Shown here one piece after another: positions 9,813 through 18,994 of a stretch of DNA of 64,000 bases; within the stretch, counting starts at the first letter, position 1; each line of letters begins with the position of its first letter. Under the pieces are notes generated by a model that saw only the letters and a list, made by a program, of their open reading frames with translations, did no database searches and was not told the origin of the DNA. The stretch comes from a virus. Taxonomy: Duplodnaviria; Caudoviricetes. The stretch lies in IMG/VR virus record IMGVR_UViG_2595698952_000001, positions 179,051 to 243,050 of that record. One strand, written 5' to 3'. The position numbers were made by a program, and so were the translations under genes.

Positions 9813-10645
9813 CCCCTATTAGCGTTGACCGCAAATTTGGGTTTTATCAGATGTCCATCGCCAGTTCGCTGGCGTTTGAAGGGCTACTCCACACCGGCGA
9901 ACATGCCGACTGGAAAGGCGAACTGCCAATCCATGACTATCAGGAAATTTTCCTGAATCTCCGGACCTTGTTCCGTAACGCATTCTACGCGTTTGAAGAG
10001 AATCGTGAACGTTTAACAGCTGACGTCTTACTGACATCGATTGAAGAAGATATTACAAATATCATGGCTACCGCTCAGGCGGTAGCCCCTTCGGTGTTAT
10101 GTGTGCCGTATCTGTGCACGTATAAAAGTGCAAACAAAACGTTCCCGGAAGCTTCATTTCGTTCGATTGCCAGCGGGGAAAACAAGATGACGCCGACCAT
10201 GCTCCACTATAATGCACTGGAGCATGACGCGCTGAAATTGTTCGATGAGAAGTGGCCCGAAGCGTACCGTAAGTTCGATGTGTTCCCAGACGGTAAGCAC
10301 GACACCCTGATGTTAACCCATCTGCCAGCAGACTTGTTGGCACGTACTGATTTTCCGAAGTTAGGCTTGTTAGAGTCCCACACGGGGAAGGTGAAGACCC
10401 AACTCGAATGGTACACCAAGCTGAACAATAAACCTGAACAGATCCCGTTCAACAAAGCGTTCTTAACAATCTTTGGTGATGCGTATATGTTCGCCCCGTT
10501 AGACCGTAAAGTCCGTACCGTGTTACTGAAGACAGCGGAGAAATACCACTGGCGTCAGGACACAACCATGGATCGTATCTACAGTTGTTTGCGCCTGGTG
10601 AACGAACCCCATGTGATGGAATTCTTACGTCGCTGCTCCCGCTAA
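9809..10645 (+). CDS. Conserved hypothetical protein, possible degenerate PIN/FEN (5' nuclease) fold
   Basis: IFLNLRTLFRNAFYA and LMLTHLPADL resemble 5'-nuclease segments; coupled to sbcD. Confidence 0.6.
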   Translation: MTPISVDRKFGFYQMSIASSLAFEGLLHTGEHADWKGELPIHDYQEIFLNLRTLFRNAFYAFEENRERLTADVLLTSIEEDITNIMATAQAVAPSVLCVPYLCTYKSANKTFPEASFRSIASGENKMTPTMLHYNALEHDALKLFDEKWPEAYRKFDVFPDGKHDTLMLTHLPADLLARTDFPKLGLLESHTGKVKTQLEWYTKLNNKPEQIPFNKAFLTIFGDAYMFAPLDRKVRTVLLKTAEKYHWRQDTTMDRIYSCLRLVNEPHVMEFLRRCSR

Positions 10646-10709
10646 AAATTTACGCATTAGGGTTATCCTGTGGGAACCCAAACATGCTTTACCGAAGGAA
10701 TTAATTTAA

Positions 10710-11384
10710 ATGGTCAATCAAAATATTTTCAAAGAGAAATGGCTTTATCCGCAGACTGAACCGGATCAGCAAAACCGTACCCGTAAGTTGGGTATTGAGC
10801 CGAATGATTTTAACGGTGATGTCGAAGGCATGAAGTTCAACTATTCCTTCGCTAAAGGTGAAGGTCTGTACTTCTCTGCCCCCTTGACCGTTTGCCGTGA
10901 CATCGTTGATACGCTGATCGCCACTCTGTCTAAACCAGAAAAATCGGTGATTAAGTTTACCAACGAAAACGGCAACAAACCGCCGGTCAGTATTCACGTT
11001 GGTCGTGATGAAAACCTGGTACCGTTCATGGCAATCTCTGGTGAAATCCAGGGCGCAGGCGCGCGCCAGAAGAAGTTCTACTTCTCTTATCCGAAAGGCT
11101 TCCGTGTATTCCGTAACGGTGAGCAGGTAAGCGATCTCGAATTGGCCGAACGTGCATGTCGTGCGTTTACCAAAAACTTCGACCTGTTCGTGCGTGACCT
11201 GGAAGAGAAGTACAAGCCGCGTGAGTTTAACAACACAGGCGGTGGTAACTTCGGTCGTGGCGGTTATAATGGCGGTGGCGGTAATGGTGGCGGAAACCGT
11301 GGTGGTAATAACGGTGGCGGTTATCAGCAGCAGCAGCAGTCTCAACCTCCGGCAACGGATTCCAGCTACGACGATTTCGTATAA
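10710..11384 (+). CDS. chmC: ChmC-like nucleic-acid-binding protein with Gly/Asn-rich disordered tail
   Basis: About 170-aa globular region plus GGN/RGG/polyQ tail and acidic tip (YDDFV); lies directly upstream of the gp68-like gene as in other Chimalliviridae. Confidence 0.65.
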   Translation: MVNQNIFKEKWLYPQTEPDQQNRTRKLGIEPNDFNGDVEGMKFNYSFAKGEGLYFSAPLTVCRDIVDTLIATLSKPEKSVIKFTNENGNKPPVSIHVGRDENLVPFMAISGEIQGAGARQKKFYFSYPKGFRVFRNGEQVSDLELAERACRAFTKNFDLFVRDLEEKYKPREFNNTGGGNFGRGGYNGGGGNGGGNRGGNNGGGYQQQQQSQPPATDSSYDDFV

Positions 11385-11399
11385 TTAATAAAGCGCAAA

Positions 11400-11421
11400 G
11401 CCCGAGGGAAATCCCTCGGGC
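11400..11421 (+). terminator. Hairpin / likely terminator
   Basis: GCCCGAGGG-AAAT-CCCTCGGGC; no clear T tract on the + strand. Confidence 0.5.
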
Positions 11422-11464
11422 TACAAAGCTGCTATGTGTACAAGAGTGCAGTGAAAGAGAACTG

Positions 11465-11478
11465 AGATAGATATTATC
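11465..11478 (+). promoter_or_regulatory. Phage promoter motif
   Basis: AGATAGATATTATC about 35 nt before the ATG at 11514. Confidence 0.65.
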
Positions 11479-11513
11479 TTGGTGCAATCGACTATTCGCG
11501 GAGCTTTACCATA

Positions 11514-13160
11514 ATGAAAATTGAGAAAAATCGTGACCGCCTGGTCATCCGTCTGGATGATAAAGAGGTGGGGTTTAACGGTTTCCGTGGCACTCGTAAG
11601 GACTCTAACGTTCCTGATGTCTACGATGCCAAAGGAGCAGTGATTCCCCGTGACCGGATTATGTTCATGGAAATCGAACGTTATTGGATGACGTTGAGTG
11701 CTGACGAGAAAGCAGACCTGTTCGGGGCGTATGCTGAGCTGGAGCTGTTGGCCAACGAGCCACCGGAAGTGGTACGTAATCATACCCCTCGCTTGGTGGA
11801 AAAGATTTCTCGTTATCATCGTGCTGATCGCTTTAAGCAACTGTACCCACTCAGTTCTGTCTGGATTCCGGAAAACATGTCAGGGACTCATGATGACATG
11901 TCGACCAATTATCCGGAGGCGATGACGTATATCGTCTCGGACTATTACGAGCTGATTATCTTAGCGATGATGATTAAGCCGTTCATTCCGGTGTTCCTGA
12001 GCCTCGGGGCTTTCCCGACCAGTAAAGGCGCAGCGGTGGAGATGAAACGCAAGAACGTCTATAACCTGACGTACTGCATGGAACTCCTTAGCGATACCGA
12101 CATCATGAAGTTGCCTGCGATTCCAAAGCTGCGTGGCTTCCTGGATAGCGTGCTGGAGAAAGTCCAACGTGACCAATCCAACAAAGGCATGATGTCAACC
12201 AGCTTGTCTGTGCTGGCCACCGTCAGTGGTTACGGTACGGACATGATGGAAGAGTACGTGATGGCGTTCGCTATCATTCGTTTACTGTCGATGCGTCTGA
12301 TTGGGGCGGAACTGCCGAAAGGTACGATGGTAGAGAATAACATGGTGGCGGGCTTGTTCTTTAACGTGAAGCAGGAGATTGAGACGGGGTTTGCTGGTAA
12401 GATCTCGAATCAGAACGTGCTGTTAAAGCAACATCCTGAGAACGTGGTGTTCAACGGGGAACGCGGCAAGATTAACTCAACGGACTTGATTCAAGCCCGT
12501 ACCGCAGCACCGATTAAAGAGTACGTGCGTACTGAGGTCTTCTTTAAAGATTACCGCAAAGCGCTCAAGTGCCTGGACATCGCAGTTCCTCCGGCAGATG
12601 TGAAGACGCTGATTGATTCTGTTCAGCTGAATCACACCTCGCCGTTCTACGAGATGCACGAGTGGCTGATGGCTGCGGCATTGCATCGGTTTGCCGATAG
12701 GCGCACCTATAAAGACATTGACGCCGAGGCGTTCATGTGCGGTATGGGGTTAGCACAAGCGGTGTACCTGAACTACGGAATGCCTGAAATCGCACAGCTG
12801 CTTAGTTGTGAAATGATTCAGTCTGACCTCAGTACCGGGTATCCGATTGAACCTATCGACAATGAAATCAAAATAAAGACGGATAGATATTATCCTCAAG
12901 CATACCGTGGACAACGCAATACCAGCGAGTCCTCAACTTTACGTGATTCTCTCAACCTTCTGTTTCGTGAACACGTTGGGCCGTTCTTCTTCCATCTCAG
13001 GGCAACACCGGAAGCAGCCATGCTGCTCAAGTGTGAAATGGATATTGAAGCATACAGTCCGCACAAACGTATTCAGAACATGCTGGCCGAATTCTTGTTA
13101 ATTCAGGCACGCAAGAAAACTGAAGAAGTTGATTGGTTTAATGACAAAGCATCGGCTTGA
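11514..13160 (+). CDS. Non-virion RNAP promoter-specificity (sigma-like) subunit, phiKZ gp68-like
   Basis: 548 aa, helical composition; syntenic between ChmC-like and PicA-like genes. Confidence 0.65.
   Translation: MKIEKNRDRLVIRLDDKEVGFNGFRGTRKDSNVPDVYDAKGAVIPRDRIMFMEIERYWMTLSADEKADLFGAYAELELLANEPPEVVRNHTPRLVEKISRYHRADRFKQLYPLSSVWIPENMSGTHDDMSTNYPEAMTYIVSDYYELIILAMMIKPFIPVFLSLGAFPTSKGAAVEMKRKNVYNLTYCMELLSDTDIMKLPAIPKLRGFLDSVLEKVQRDQSNKGMMSTSLSVLATVSGYGTDMMEEYVMAFAIIRLLSMRLIGAELPKGTMVENNMVAGLFFNVKQEIETGFAGKISNQNVLLKQHPENVVFNGERGKINSTDLIQARTAAPIKEYVRTEVFFKDYRKALKCLDIAVPPADVKTLIDSVQLNHTSPFYEMHEWLMAAALHRFADRRTYKDIDAEAFMCGMGLAQAVYLNYGMPEIAQLLSCEMIQSDLSTGYPIEPIDNEIKIKTDRYYPQAYRGQRNTSESSTLRDSLNLLFREHVGPFFFHLRATPEAAMLLKCEMDIEAYSPHKRIQNMLAEFLLIQARKKTEEVDWFNDKASA
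12881..12894 (+). promoter_or_regulatory. Candidate internal promoter for the picA-like operon
   Basis: GGATAGATATTATC, identical to the intergenic copy at 62222. Confidence 0.45.
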
Positions 13161-13179
13161 CCTTAAGGAGTATTGAACA

Positions 13180-14943
13180 ATGGCAATGAAATTACTGAAA
13201 CTCGCAATGTATCCGGTTCAAGAAGTACCGGAGCAGATTCGTCGTCGTGTTGGCTTTAACGCCAGCACGGGTGCACTGGATGACCTCGCTACTGCGGTAG
13301 CCGTAGGGGGCACCAAAGCAACTGGTTCATTACAGTACCAGCAGGCGTTGTCACAAATCGTCGGCTTTGACGATACGAAGGAAGGCTTCGAGCGCCCATT
13401 CGTAAACGTCAGCGATAACGATGACAACCCAATCCAATTCCAGTTCGGGTCTAATGACACGGGTGTGTATAACTTCGTCGCGATTATCGTGGCGCAGCCG
13501 TTGGCGGGTACCCGTTCGCAGGAAACGCAGTATGTGGTTTCTGGTTACACCTCGCAGGCAGAGAAATCCCTGTTCGGTAAATTGCCAGATGACATGGTGC
13601 TGTACATTAACGACATCTACGGTCTGCAATGTACGTACGATGGTGATGGCCTGGGTGGTCGTCGTATCAACCCAGATTCCTATCGCCTGGTCGATAACTA
13701 CGTCCTGTCGAAATCACTGTCGCATATGGGCTACAGTGAAAACAGTGTGGACATCATCTCGGTGGCGAAATCCGCAGACATGGTGAAACGTATTGAACTG
13801 GCGTCGGACGAAGAGTTCATTCCAGATGCCAATACCATGTTGTCGCCGAATGCACAACATGCTCCACAGCTGCTGACCGGACAGTTAACCCGTCCAGAAG
13901 CGTTCGTCTCGGCTATCTCTAATGCGTACCTGTCAACCGCAGGTATCGATACGGAGCTGGGCCAGGTCGACAGCTTCTTTGCCGGTAACACCAGTATCGG
14001 TATCGATTCAGAACTGAGCAACCTGGGTGTGGTGCGTAACTTCAACAATTACGAACTCATCAAGGCCATGCGTTCTGCGCTGACCAATGCCACCTCCGAT
14101 GTAACCGGTGGCTGGAAAGCAACCAACAAAGCCACCTTCCGTCTGGCCGATTTACGTGCATGTATTTCGAACCCGCTGGATATGGATGTGTGGATTGGTG
14201 AATCGATCCGACTGGCTGAGCAACGTGGCCTGGGCCAAATCGAGCAGACTGATAGCTGGATTGGCTATAAAGACATGTCCACCCAGGGTTCACTCGTGGC
14301 GTATGACCTGGCAATGATGCTGGGTGCAACCATGACGCGTAACCTGCTCGGTGAAGTGTCGTTCATGTTTGATAACCGTAACTCGGATATCCTGCAAGAA
14401 CCGAAACTTCAGGTCTTCCCGCACAACGTGGGTTCTCTGACCGATGGCCCACTGCCAGATGTAATGGCTCGCCGTTTCCTGAACGACCTGCGTGCGGTGA
14501 TGGTACAAGTTACCAAGCACAACCGCATCCGCTGTAAAATGGTGGTCACCTGCTTAGTCGGCACGGTATCTCGTATTGAGATTACTATCGATGGCGACTT
14601 AACCGAATGGTACACCTTCGCATCGTTCATGCAGTTCCGTCTGCATAACGGTAACACAACCGATCTCACCTACGCCGGACGCCTGGCGAAGAATACCGCG
14701 CACCTGCTCAAGACCGTTGAAGAAGGTTTCAATGCGTACGAGCGTGACAACGGCATCAGCCGCATGAAGTCTAACCTACCAACCGGCTCTACAGGCGGTC
14801 TGGGTAGTGATTTAGGCGGACTGAATCCGAACGCGGTACTGGGCGACTCTTTAGGAGGTGGCCTGGGCGGTGGATTGGGTTCCGATAATCTCACCGGTGG
14901 ACTCGGTGGTGGTTTGGGCGGTGGTAAGCGCGGCGGACTCTAA
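13180..14943 (+). CDS. picA: PicA/Imp1-like phage-nucleus protein import factor (phiKZ gp69-like)
   Basis: 587 aa; synteny after the gp68-like gene; AAGGAG RBS; Gly-Leu tail. Confidence 0.6.
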   Translation: MAMKLLKLAMYPVQEVPEQIRRRVGFNASTGALDDLATAVAVGGTKATGSLQYQQALSQIVGFDDTKEGFERPFVNVSDNDDNPIQFQFGSNDTGVYNFVAIIVAQPLAGTRSQETQYVVSGYTSQAEKSLFGKLPDDMVLYINDIYGLQCTYDGDGLGGRRINPDSYRLVDNYVLSKSLSHMGYSENSVDIISVAKSADMVKRIELASDEEFIPDANTMLSPNAQHAPQLLTGQLTRPEAFVSAISNAYLSTAGIDTELGQVDSFFAGNTSIGIDSELSNLGVVRNFNNYELIKAMRSALTNATSDVTGGWKATNKATFRLADLRACISNPLDMDVWIGESIRLAEQRGLGQIEQTDSWIGYKDMSTQGSLVAYDLAMMLGATMTRNLLGEVSFMFDNRNSDILQEPKLQVFPHNVGSLTDGPLPDVMARRFLNDLRAVMVQVTKHNRIRCKMVVTCLVGTVSRIEITIDGDLTEWYTFASFMQFRLHNGNTTDLTYAGRLAKNTAHLLKTVEEGFNAYERDNGISRMKSNLPTGSTGGLGSDLGGLNPNAVLGDSLGGGLGGGLGSDNLTGGLGGGLGGGKRGGL

Positions 14944-14961
14944 TTTAAGGATTATGCACCC

Positions 14962-16326
14962 ATGAAGATTATTGACTTTTATACCTCGTTCCTGAAATCA
15001 CAAGGTTACGGGTTTGCAGCAGACTTACTGACGACCGATGACGGTCATCCGGCTGAGTTTACGTACAACAAAGTGAAGCGCCGTCTGGCGCTTCCTACCC
15101 CGGTCATGATTAAGAAAGGCATGGAAGACGACGATGGTCGTGAATGTCATGCTTTCCATCCGCTGTGCGAATCTGTACTGTCGGGCGAATCAGGCACCAT
15201 CCGTTTCCTGAAGAACAGCATTAAGACCCAGCTGTTCCTGCGCAACTTCGAACTGATTGATGCGATTCTCGAAACGGCAGCAGCAGGTAAGTCGGTACGT
15301 CTGGCCGGATACAAGAAATTCCTGAGCGATGTGATTTGCGAAGGGATGAAAGATCCGACCTTTGACGAGCGCCTGGTGAAATCCTGGGAAGCGGTGAAGG
15401 CGTACGTGTACGGCTTGTTGGAAAACGACAAGAAGTACAAAGTCACCAACATCTTCATTACCCCGTCAATGGAAATTGATGGCGTGAAGTTCATCCGTGT
15501 GGCTAACTATAAGCACATGTTTGAAGAAGAGTCCCTGGACGGTACCGCAACGTACTTCGGTGCGAAGGTGCAGCGTAAACAGGATAAAGTTATTATCCAC
15601 CGTTTACTCACCACCCTGTTTGGCTGGTATCCAGATGTCGTAGGGTCAAATGACTCTCGTCCGTACTTTGGTTGTCTGGCGCGTGGTTGGGCACAGTACG
15701 TGGTCAATTATAACCAGATTGTCAAAGGTCTGCGTGACCATACCCATCTGAAGCCACTGGAAGATGAGTGGATTGCTCAGCTGGATAACATGGAAGTGTA
15801 CGACAACGTGATTCAGACGTTACCGTACAATACTGGCCCACGTTCTGATACACCTGAAAAGGATACCAGTGCGCACGATTTCCGTTTAGATCGCCAACCA
15901 CCGGGACAACAGATCCCGATGAAGAAAGCGTCTGATGTGGCACCGGCCGAAGCAATGGATGACGATGACCCGGTTGCCTTCTTCCGTAAACGTGCGGCGG
16001 TAAACTCGACGTCGAACCCAATGAAGAACCTCTCTCCGGCCTTGCAGCGCATGTACGAAGAGAAAGGTAACATTGACCTGAACAAGCCCGAAGTGGCGCG
16101 TGTGTCGTTGGTTGATGCTTTTGGTGGTAAGAAAGAAGAGAAAGGTCTGAGTCTGCTGGGTAGTGGTGGTGGACTTGGCGGGGGTGGATTAGGCAGCAGT
16201 GGCGGCCTGGGTTCACTGGACAGCGCACTCGGAGGCGGCGGCTTAGGCGGCGGTGGTCTGGGTGGAGGCTTAGGTGGTGGGTTGGGCGGAAGCGGTGCTT
16301 TCAGCTCAGCGTTCAGCCGGGCATAA
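14962..16326 (+). CDS. Conserved core protein (phiKZ gp70-like) with Gly-Leu repeat tail
   Basis: FHPLCESVLSGES segment; synteny between picA-like and nvRNAP beta genes. Confidence 0.65.
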   Translation: MKIIDFYTSFLKSQGYGFAADLLTTDDGHPAEFTYNKVKRRLALPTPVMIKKGMEDDDGRECHAFHPLCESVLSGESGTIRFLKNSIKTQLFLRNFELIDAILETAAAGKSVRLAGYKKFLSDVICEGMKDPTFDERLVKSWEAVKAYVYGLLENDKKYKVTNIFITPSMEIDGVKFIRVANYKHMFEEESLDGTATYFGAKVQRKQDKVIIHRLLTTLFGWYPDVVGSNDSRPYFGCLARGWAQYVVNYNQIVKGLRDHTHLKPLEDEWIAQLDNMEVYDNVIQTLPYNTGPRSDTPEKDTSAHDFRLDRQPPGQQIPMKKASDVAPAEAMDDDDPVAFFRKRAAVNSTSNPMKNLSPALQRMYEEKGNIDLNKPEVARVSLVDAFGGKKEEKGLSLLGSGGGLGGGGLGSSGGLGSLDSALGGGGLGGGGLGGGLGGGLGGSGAFSSAFSRA

Positions 16327-16364
16327 AAGAAGGAAGAAGGGACTGGGCGTCCCTTCTTTTTTTA
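16327..16364. terminator. Bidirectional terminator
   Basis: AAGAAGGGAC-TGGGC-GTCCCTTCTT plus T tract, between convergent genes. Confidence 0.65.
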
Positions 16365-16688
16365 GTCTTCGATAACGGTCGAGAGTATGTCATTGACGAC
16401 GCTGACATCCGGAACAAGCAGTTCGGTAATGGCAGGGGTGAAATTCATCGGGTCTTCTAACCCGTTGAGCAACATCATTGGGAAGACGATTGACGCATCG
16501 TAATCTTTGAGTCGGCAATAGGCATAGAAGTTGTGAATCTCTGGCCAGCTGTATCTCGGGTCAACAATCTCGGTTTTGGTCTTGGGGTGTTTACGCAAGA
16601 AGTCGGTGTAGTCGTGTAACACCTTCCAGGTTCTGGAACTGGGCGAAGGTATCACCTCGGTTAGGGTAGCAAAACTATCGAGCATCAC
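16362..16688 (-). CDS. Small protein, LysM-like / T4 gp53-like baseplate wedge candidate
   Basis: MMLLNGLEDP...ELLVPD resembles the LysM-like tail-X/gp53 signature; AGGAG RBS on the minus strand. Confidence 0.55.
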   Translation of the reverse strand: MMLDSFATLTEVIPSPSSRTWKVLHDYTDFLRKHPKTKTEIVDPRYSWPEIHNFYAYCRLKDYDASIVFPMMLLNGLEDPMNFTPAITELLVPDVSVVNDILSTVIED

Positions 16689-16707
16689 GCTTCTCCTAAA
16701 ATATAAT

Positions 16708-16721
16708 AGATAGATATTATC
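16708..16721 (+). promoter_or_regulatory. Phage promoter motif
   Basis: AGATAGATATTATC upstream of the nvRNAP beta gene. Confidence 0.65.
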
Positions 16722-16753
16722 CTACTGAGGTAACCATAAGGAGCATTTAGCGT

Positions 16754-18994
16754 ATGAAGACACCAGTCGAACTCATGAGTAGTGTGGCTGACCGCGAAGC
16801 GGGCATTTCAATGGTATCGGGTGCGCGTGCATCCATGGTCGGTGGACATATGAAGTCCGCTGTGCCGGTAGACCATCCGCAGCCGTCCCCACACTTCACG
16901 GGGGCAGACGTGAACTACCACGACTTCGCCTTCAACGATATTGTTGAAGACAGCGGAACAACGTGTAGTTACATTACGAAAGACGGGCGTCAGCGACGTG
17001 CAACGTTTGCACGTTACGGTCGGCAAGGCGACTCTAAGGCATTGGAGTATGCCATCTTCTTTAAACGGGCTGAGCAAACAGTACAGAAGAAGACGATGAT
17101 TGATGTGTTGGAGATTAACTTCTACACCAACCACGATAACGTCTTCTCCTCAGAAAAGCGCGAAACGAATAAGTTGCGTTCGCTCTTGAACGGGGAAACC
17201 GAGCAGTTAGAAAAAGACGAAATCCTGACGACGTTCAACGCACTGAAAGACGGTGAGTTTGTCGATGGGGTAAGTCTGTCCACGGTGACGATGTCGCACC
17301 CTGACATCATTGAAGATGCGTACACCATCTCCAAAACCGCGGCATCGGTCATGCACGCATTCGGGTTGAAGACTATTGACTTCTCCTTGCGTGATGATGA
17401 GTTCCTGTTAGATGCGTATGGCTTTACCGATTTCAATGGGGTGCGCATTCCGCGCTATATGCCGTTGGTGGGTGATGCTGTGCGTGATGATGGTCTGGTG
17501 ATTGCAGCCCGTCGTTTTGATAAGCTGTACGCGGCAATTGATACCACACTCGGGGAAACGCAACACATTTCCCCACACATGGATCGTTGTGAATACGTGG
17601 ATGCCGATCCCGAACATTATCAGGCCAATTTAGATAATGACCTCGAGAAGATGGAACGGACAGGCTCGCGGGTGGTGGATATTCAGGTGTGGCGTGACGA
17701 AACCAGTTGCAGCCATGGCACCAACAATATCAACTGTACCGAAGAGAACAAACGCGAACTGGATAAGTACGCGATGGCACTGAAAGAGTATTACCGTGGC
17801 ATCGTGCGCTTCTACTTCGCTATGTCTCAGGACAAGAGCATTGTCTGGTCGCCAAAAGCCTGCGTGTTGCTGGACAAAGCCTTCGCTTCGGAAACTTACG
17901 AAGTGTATTCTGAGTTCCGTGATGAAATCAAGCAGGTGATTGACGAAGCTATCCGTCGTGGTGAGTACGGTAAAGACGGTGTGTCACAACAGATTATTTC
18001 CAAGCTGACCTCTCCGGTACAGCGCAGTCTGCGTGACCCTATCAATACCTATACCATCAAAATTGTGGTAAGCTACCCGATCCCGGTAACGGTGTCATCG
18101 AAAATCACTGACCGTTCAGGTACCAAAGGTATCGTGGGTCGGGTGCTGGACGATGAAGACATGCCGATTAACGAGTTCGGTGAGCGTGTTCACGTTATCC
18201 GTTCCATGAACGCCGTGGTACGTCGCTCGACCTACGCTGCGTTGTTCCACATGTATTGGTCGGCGGCGTCTGAGCAACTTAAGCTGCGAATGAAGCCTGA
18301 ACTGGATGCAGGTAACATCAATGGGGCCTGGGCAGTCATGATGGACTATCTGATGCGTTATAATCCCGATTGGGTTAACGCATTGAATGCCACGCATGAC
18401 ACAGATGAGCTGAAACAGAAACTCTTCGCAGAGATTTATGATTTCACCATCCGTATCTGGATGCCGCATGAGCTGGATGATTTGCCGGTGGACATCTCTG
18501 AACGTCTGGGCGAGTTCAAACCGAAGAAGTCGAAACTCCTGATTACCAATTACGACGGTAAGAAAGAGTGGACGAAGAACGAGTTCTACGTGGGCTTAGT
18601 GGAAACGTTGCGTCTGGATAAAACCGGTCGTGAGTTCTCCAGTATCTCCTCGATGTACCTGAACTTCATGGGGACTATCGATGCCTCTAATCAGGGCCGT
18701 GGCTCGTATCCGATTAACCTGAAAGGCTTAAAGTGGGGCGGGCCATCTGAGCACCGTTTACTCGAAGGCTTTGGCCCAGGCAACTATGACGAAGCGCATA
18801 ACCGTGCTAATGACCCGGCGGTTCACCGTGCTATCGTTACTGGGCTGTATAACTCTCCAACTCCAACTAACCCTGGTTACTTGGTGGATCGTAAGAAACT
18901 GCCAATGGGGGATTCGCAAGTGGATAGAATGATTCGTAACATTCACCGCGCCGAAGGGTTTGAGTTAATCCGTCCAGTACGGGAGGAGAAATAA
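16754..18994 (+). CDS. Non-virion RNA polymerase beta C-terminal subunit (phiKZ gp71/73-like)
   Basis: RASM...HM..AVP, EDA, KITDRSGTKGIV..VL..EDMP motifs; uninterrupted by an intron. Confidence 0.9.
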   Translation: MKTPVELMSSVADREAGISMVSGARASMVGGHMKSAVPVDHPQPSPHFTGADVNYHDFAFNDIVEDSGTTCSYITKDGRQRRATFARYGRQGDSKALEYAIFFKRAEQTVQKKTMIDVLEINFYTNHDNVFSSEKRETNKLRSLLNGETEQLEKDEILTTFNALKDGEFVDGVSLSTVTMSHPDIIEDAYTISKTAASVMHAFGLKTIDFSLRDDEFLLDAYGFTDFNGVRIPRYMPLVGDAVRDDGLVIAARRFDKLYAAIDTTLGETQHISPHMDRCEYVDADPEHYQANLDNDLEKMERTGSRVVDIQVWRDETSCSHGTNNINCTEENKRELDKYAMALKEYYRGIVRFYFAMSQDKSIVWSPKACVLLDKAFASETYEVYSEFRDEIKQVIDEAIRRGEYGKDGVSQQIISKLTSPVQRSLRDPINTYTIKIVVSYPIPVTVSSKITDRSGTKGIVGRVLDDEDMPINEFGERVHVIRSMNAVVRRSTYAALFHMYWSAASEQLKLRMKPELDAGNINGAWAVMMDYLMRYNPDWVNALNATHDTDELKQKLFAEIYDFTIRIWMPHELDDLPVDISERLGEFKPKKSKLLITNYDGKKEWTKNEFYVGLVETLRLDKTGREFSSISSMYLNFMGTIDASNQGRGSYPINLKGLKWGGPSEHRLLEGFGPGNYDEAHNRANDPAVHRAIVTGLYNSPTPTNPGYLVDRKKLPMGDSQVDRMIRNIHRAEGFELIRPVREEK

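Noticed and set aside
16150-16320. GGN-rich DNA as a microsatellite or G-quadruplex element
   Set aside because: Explained by Gly-Leu coding with mixed synonymous codons
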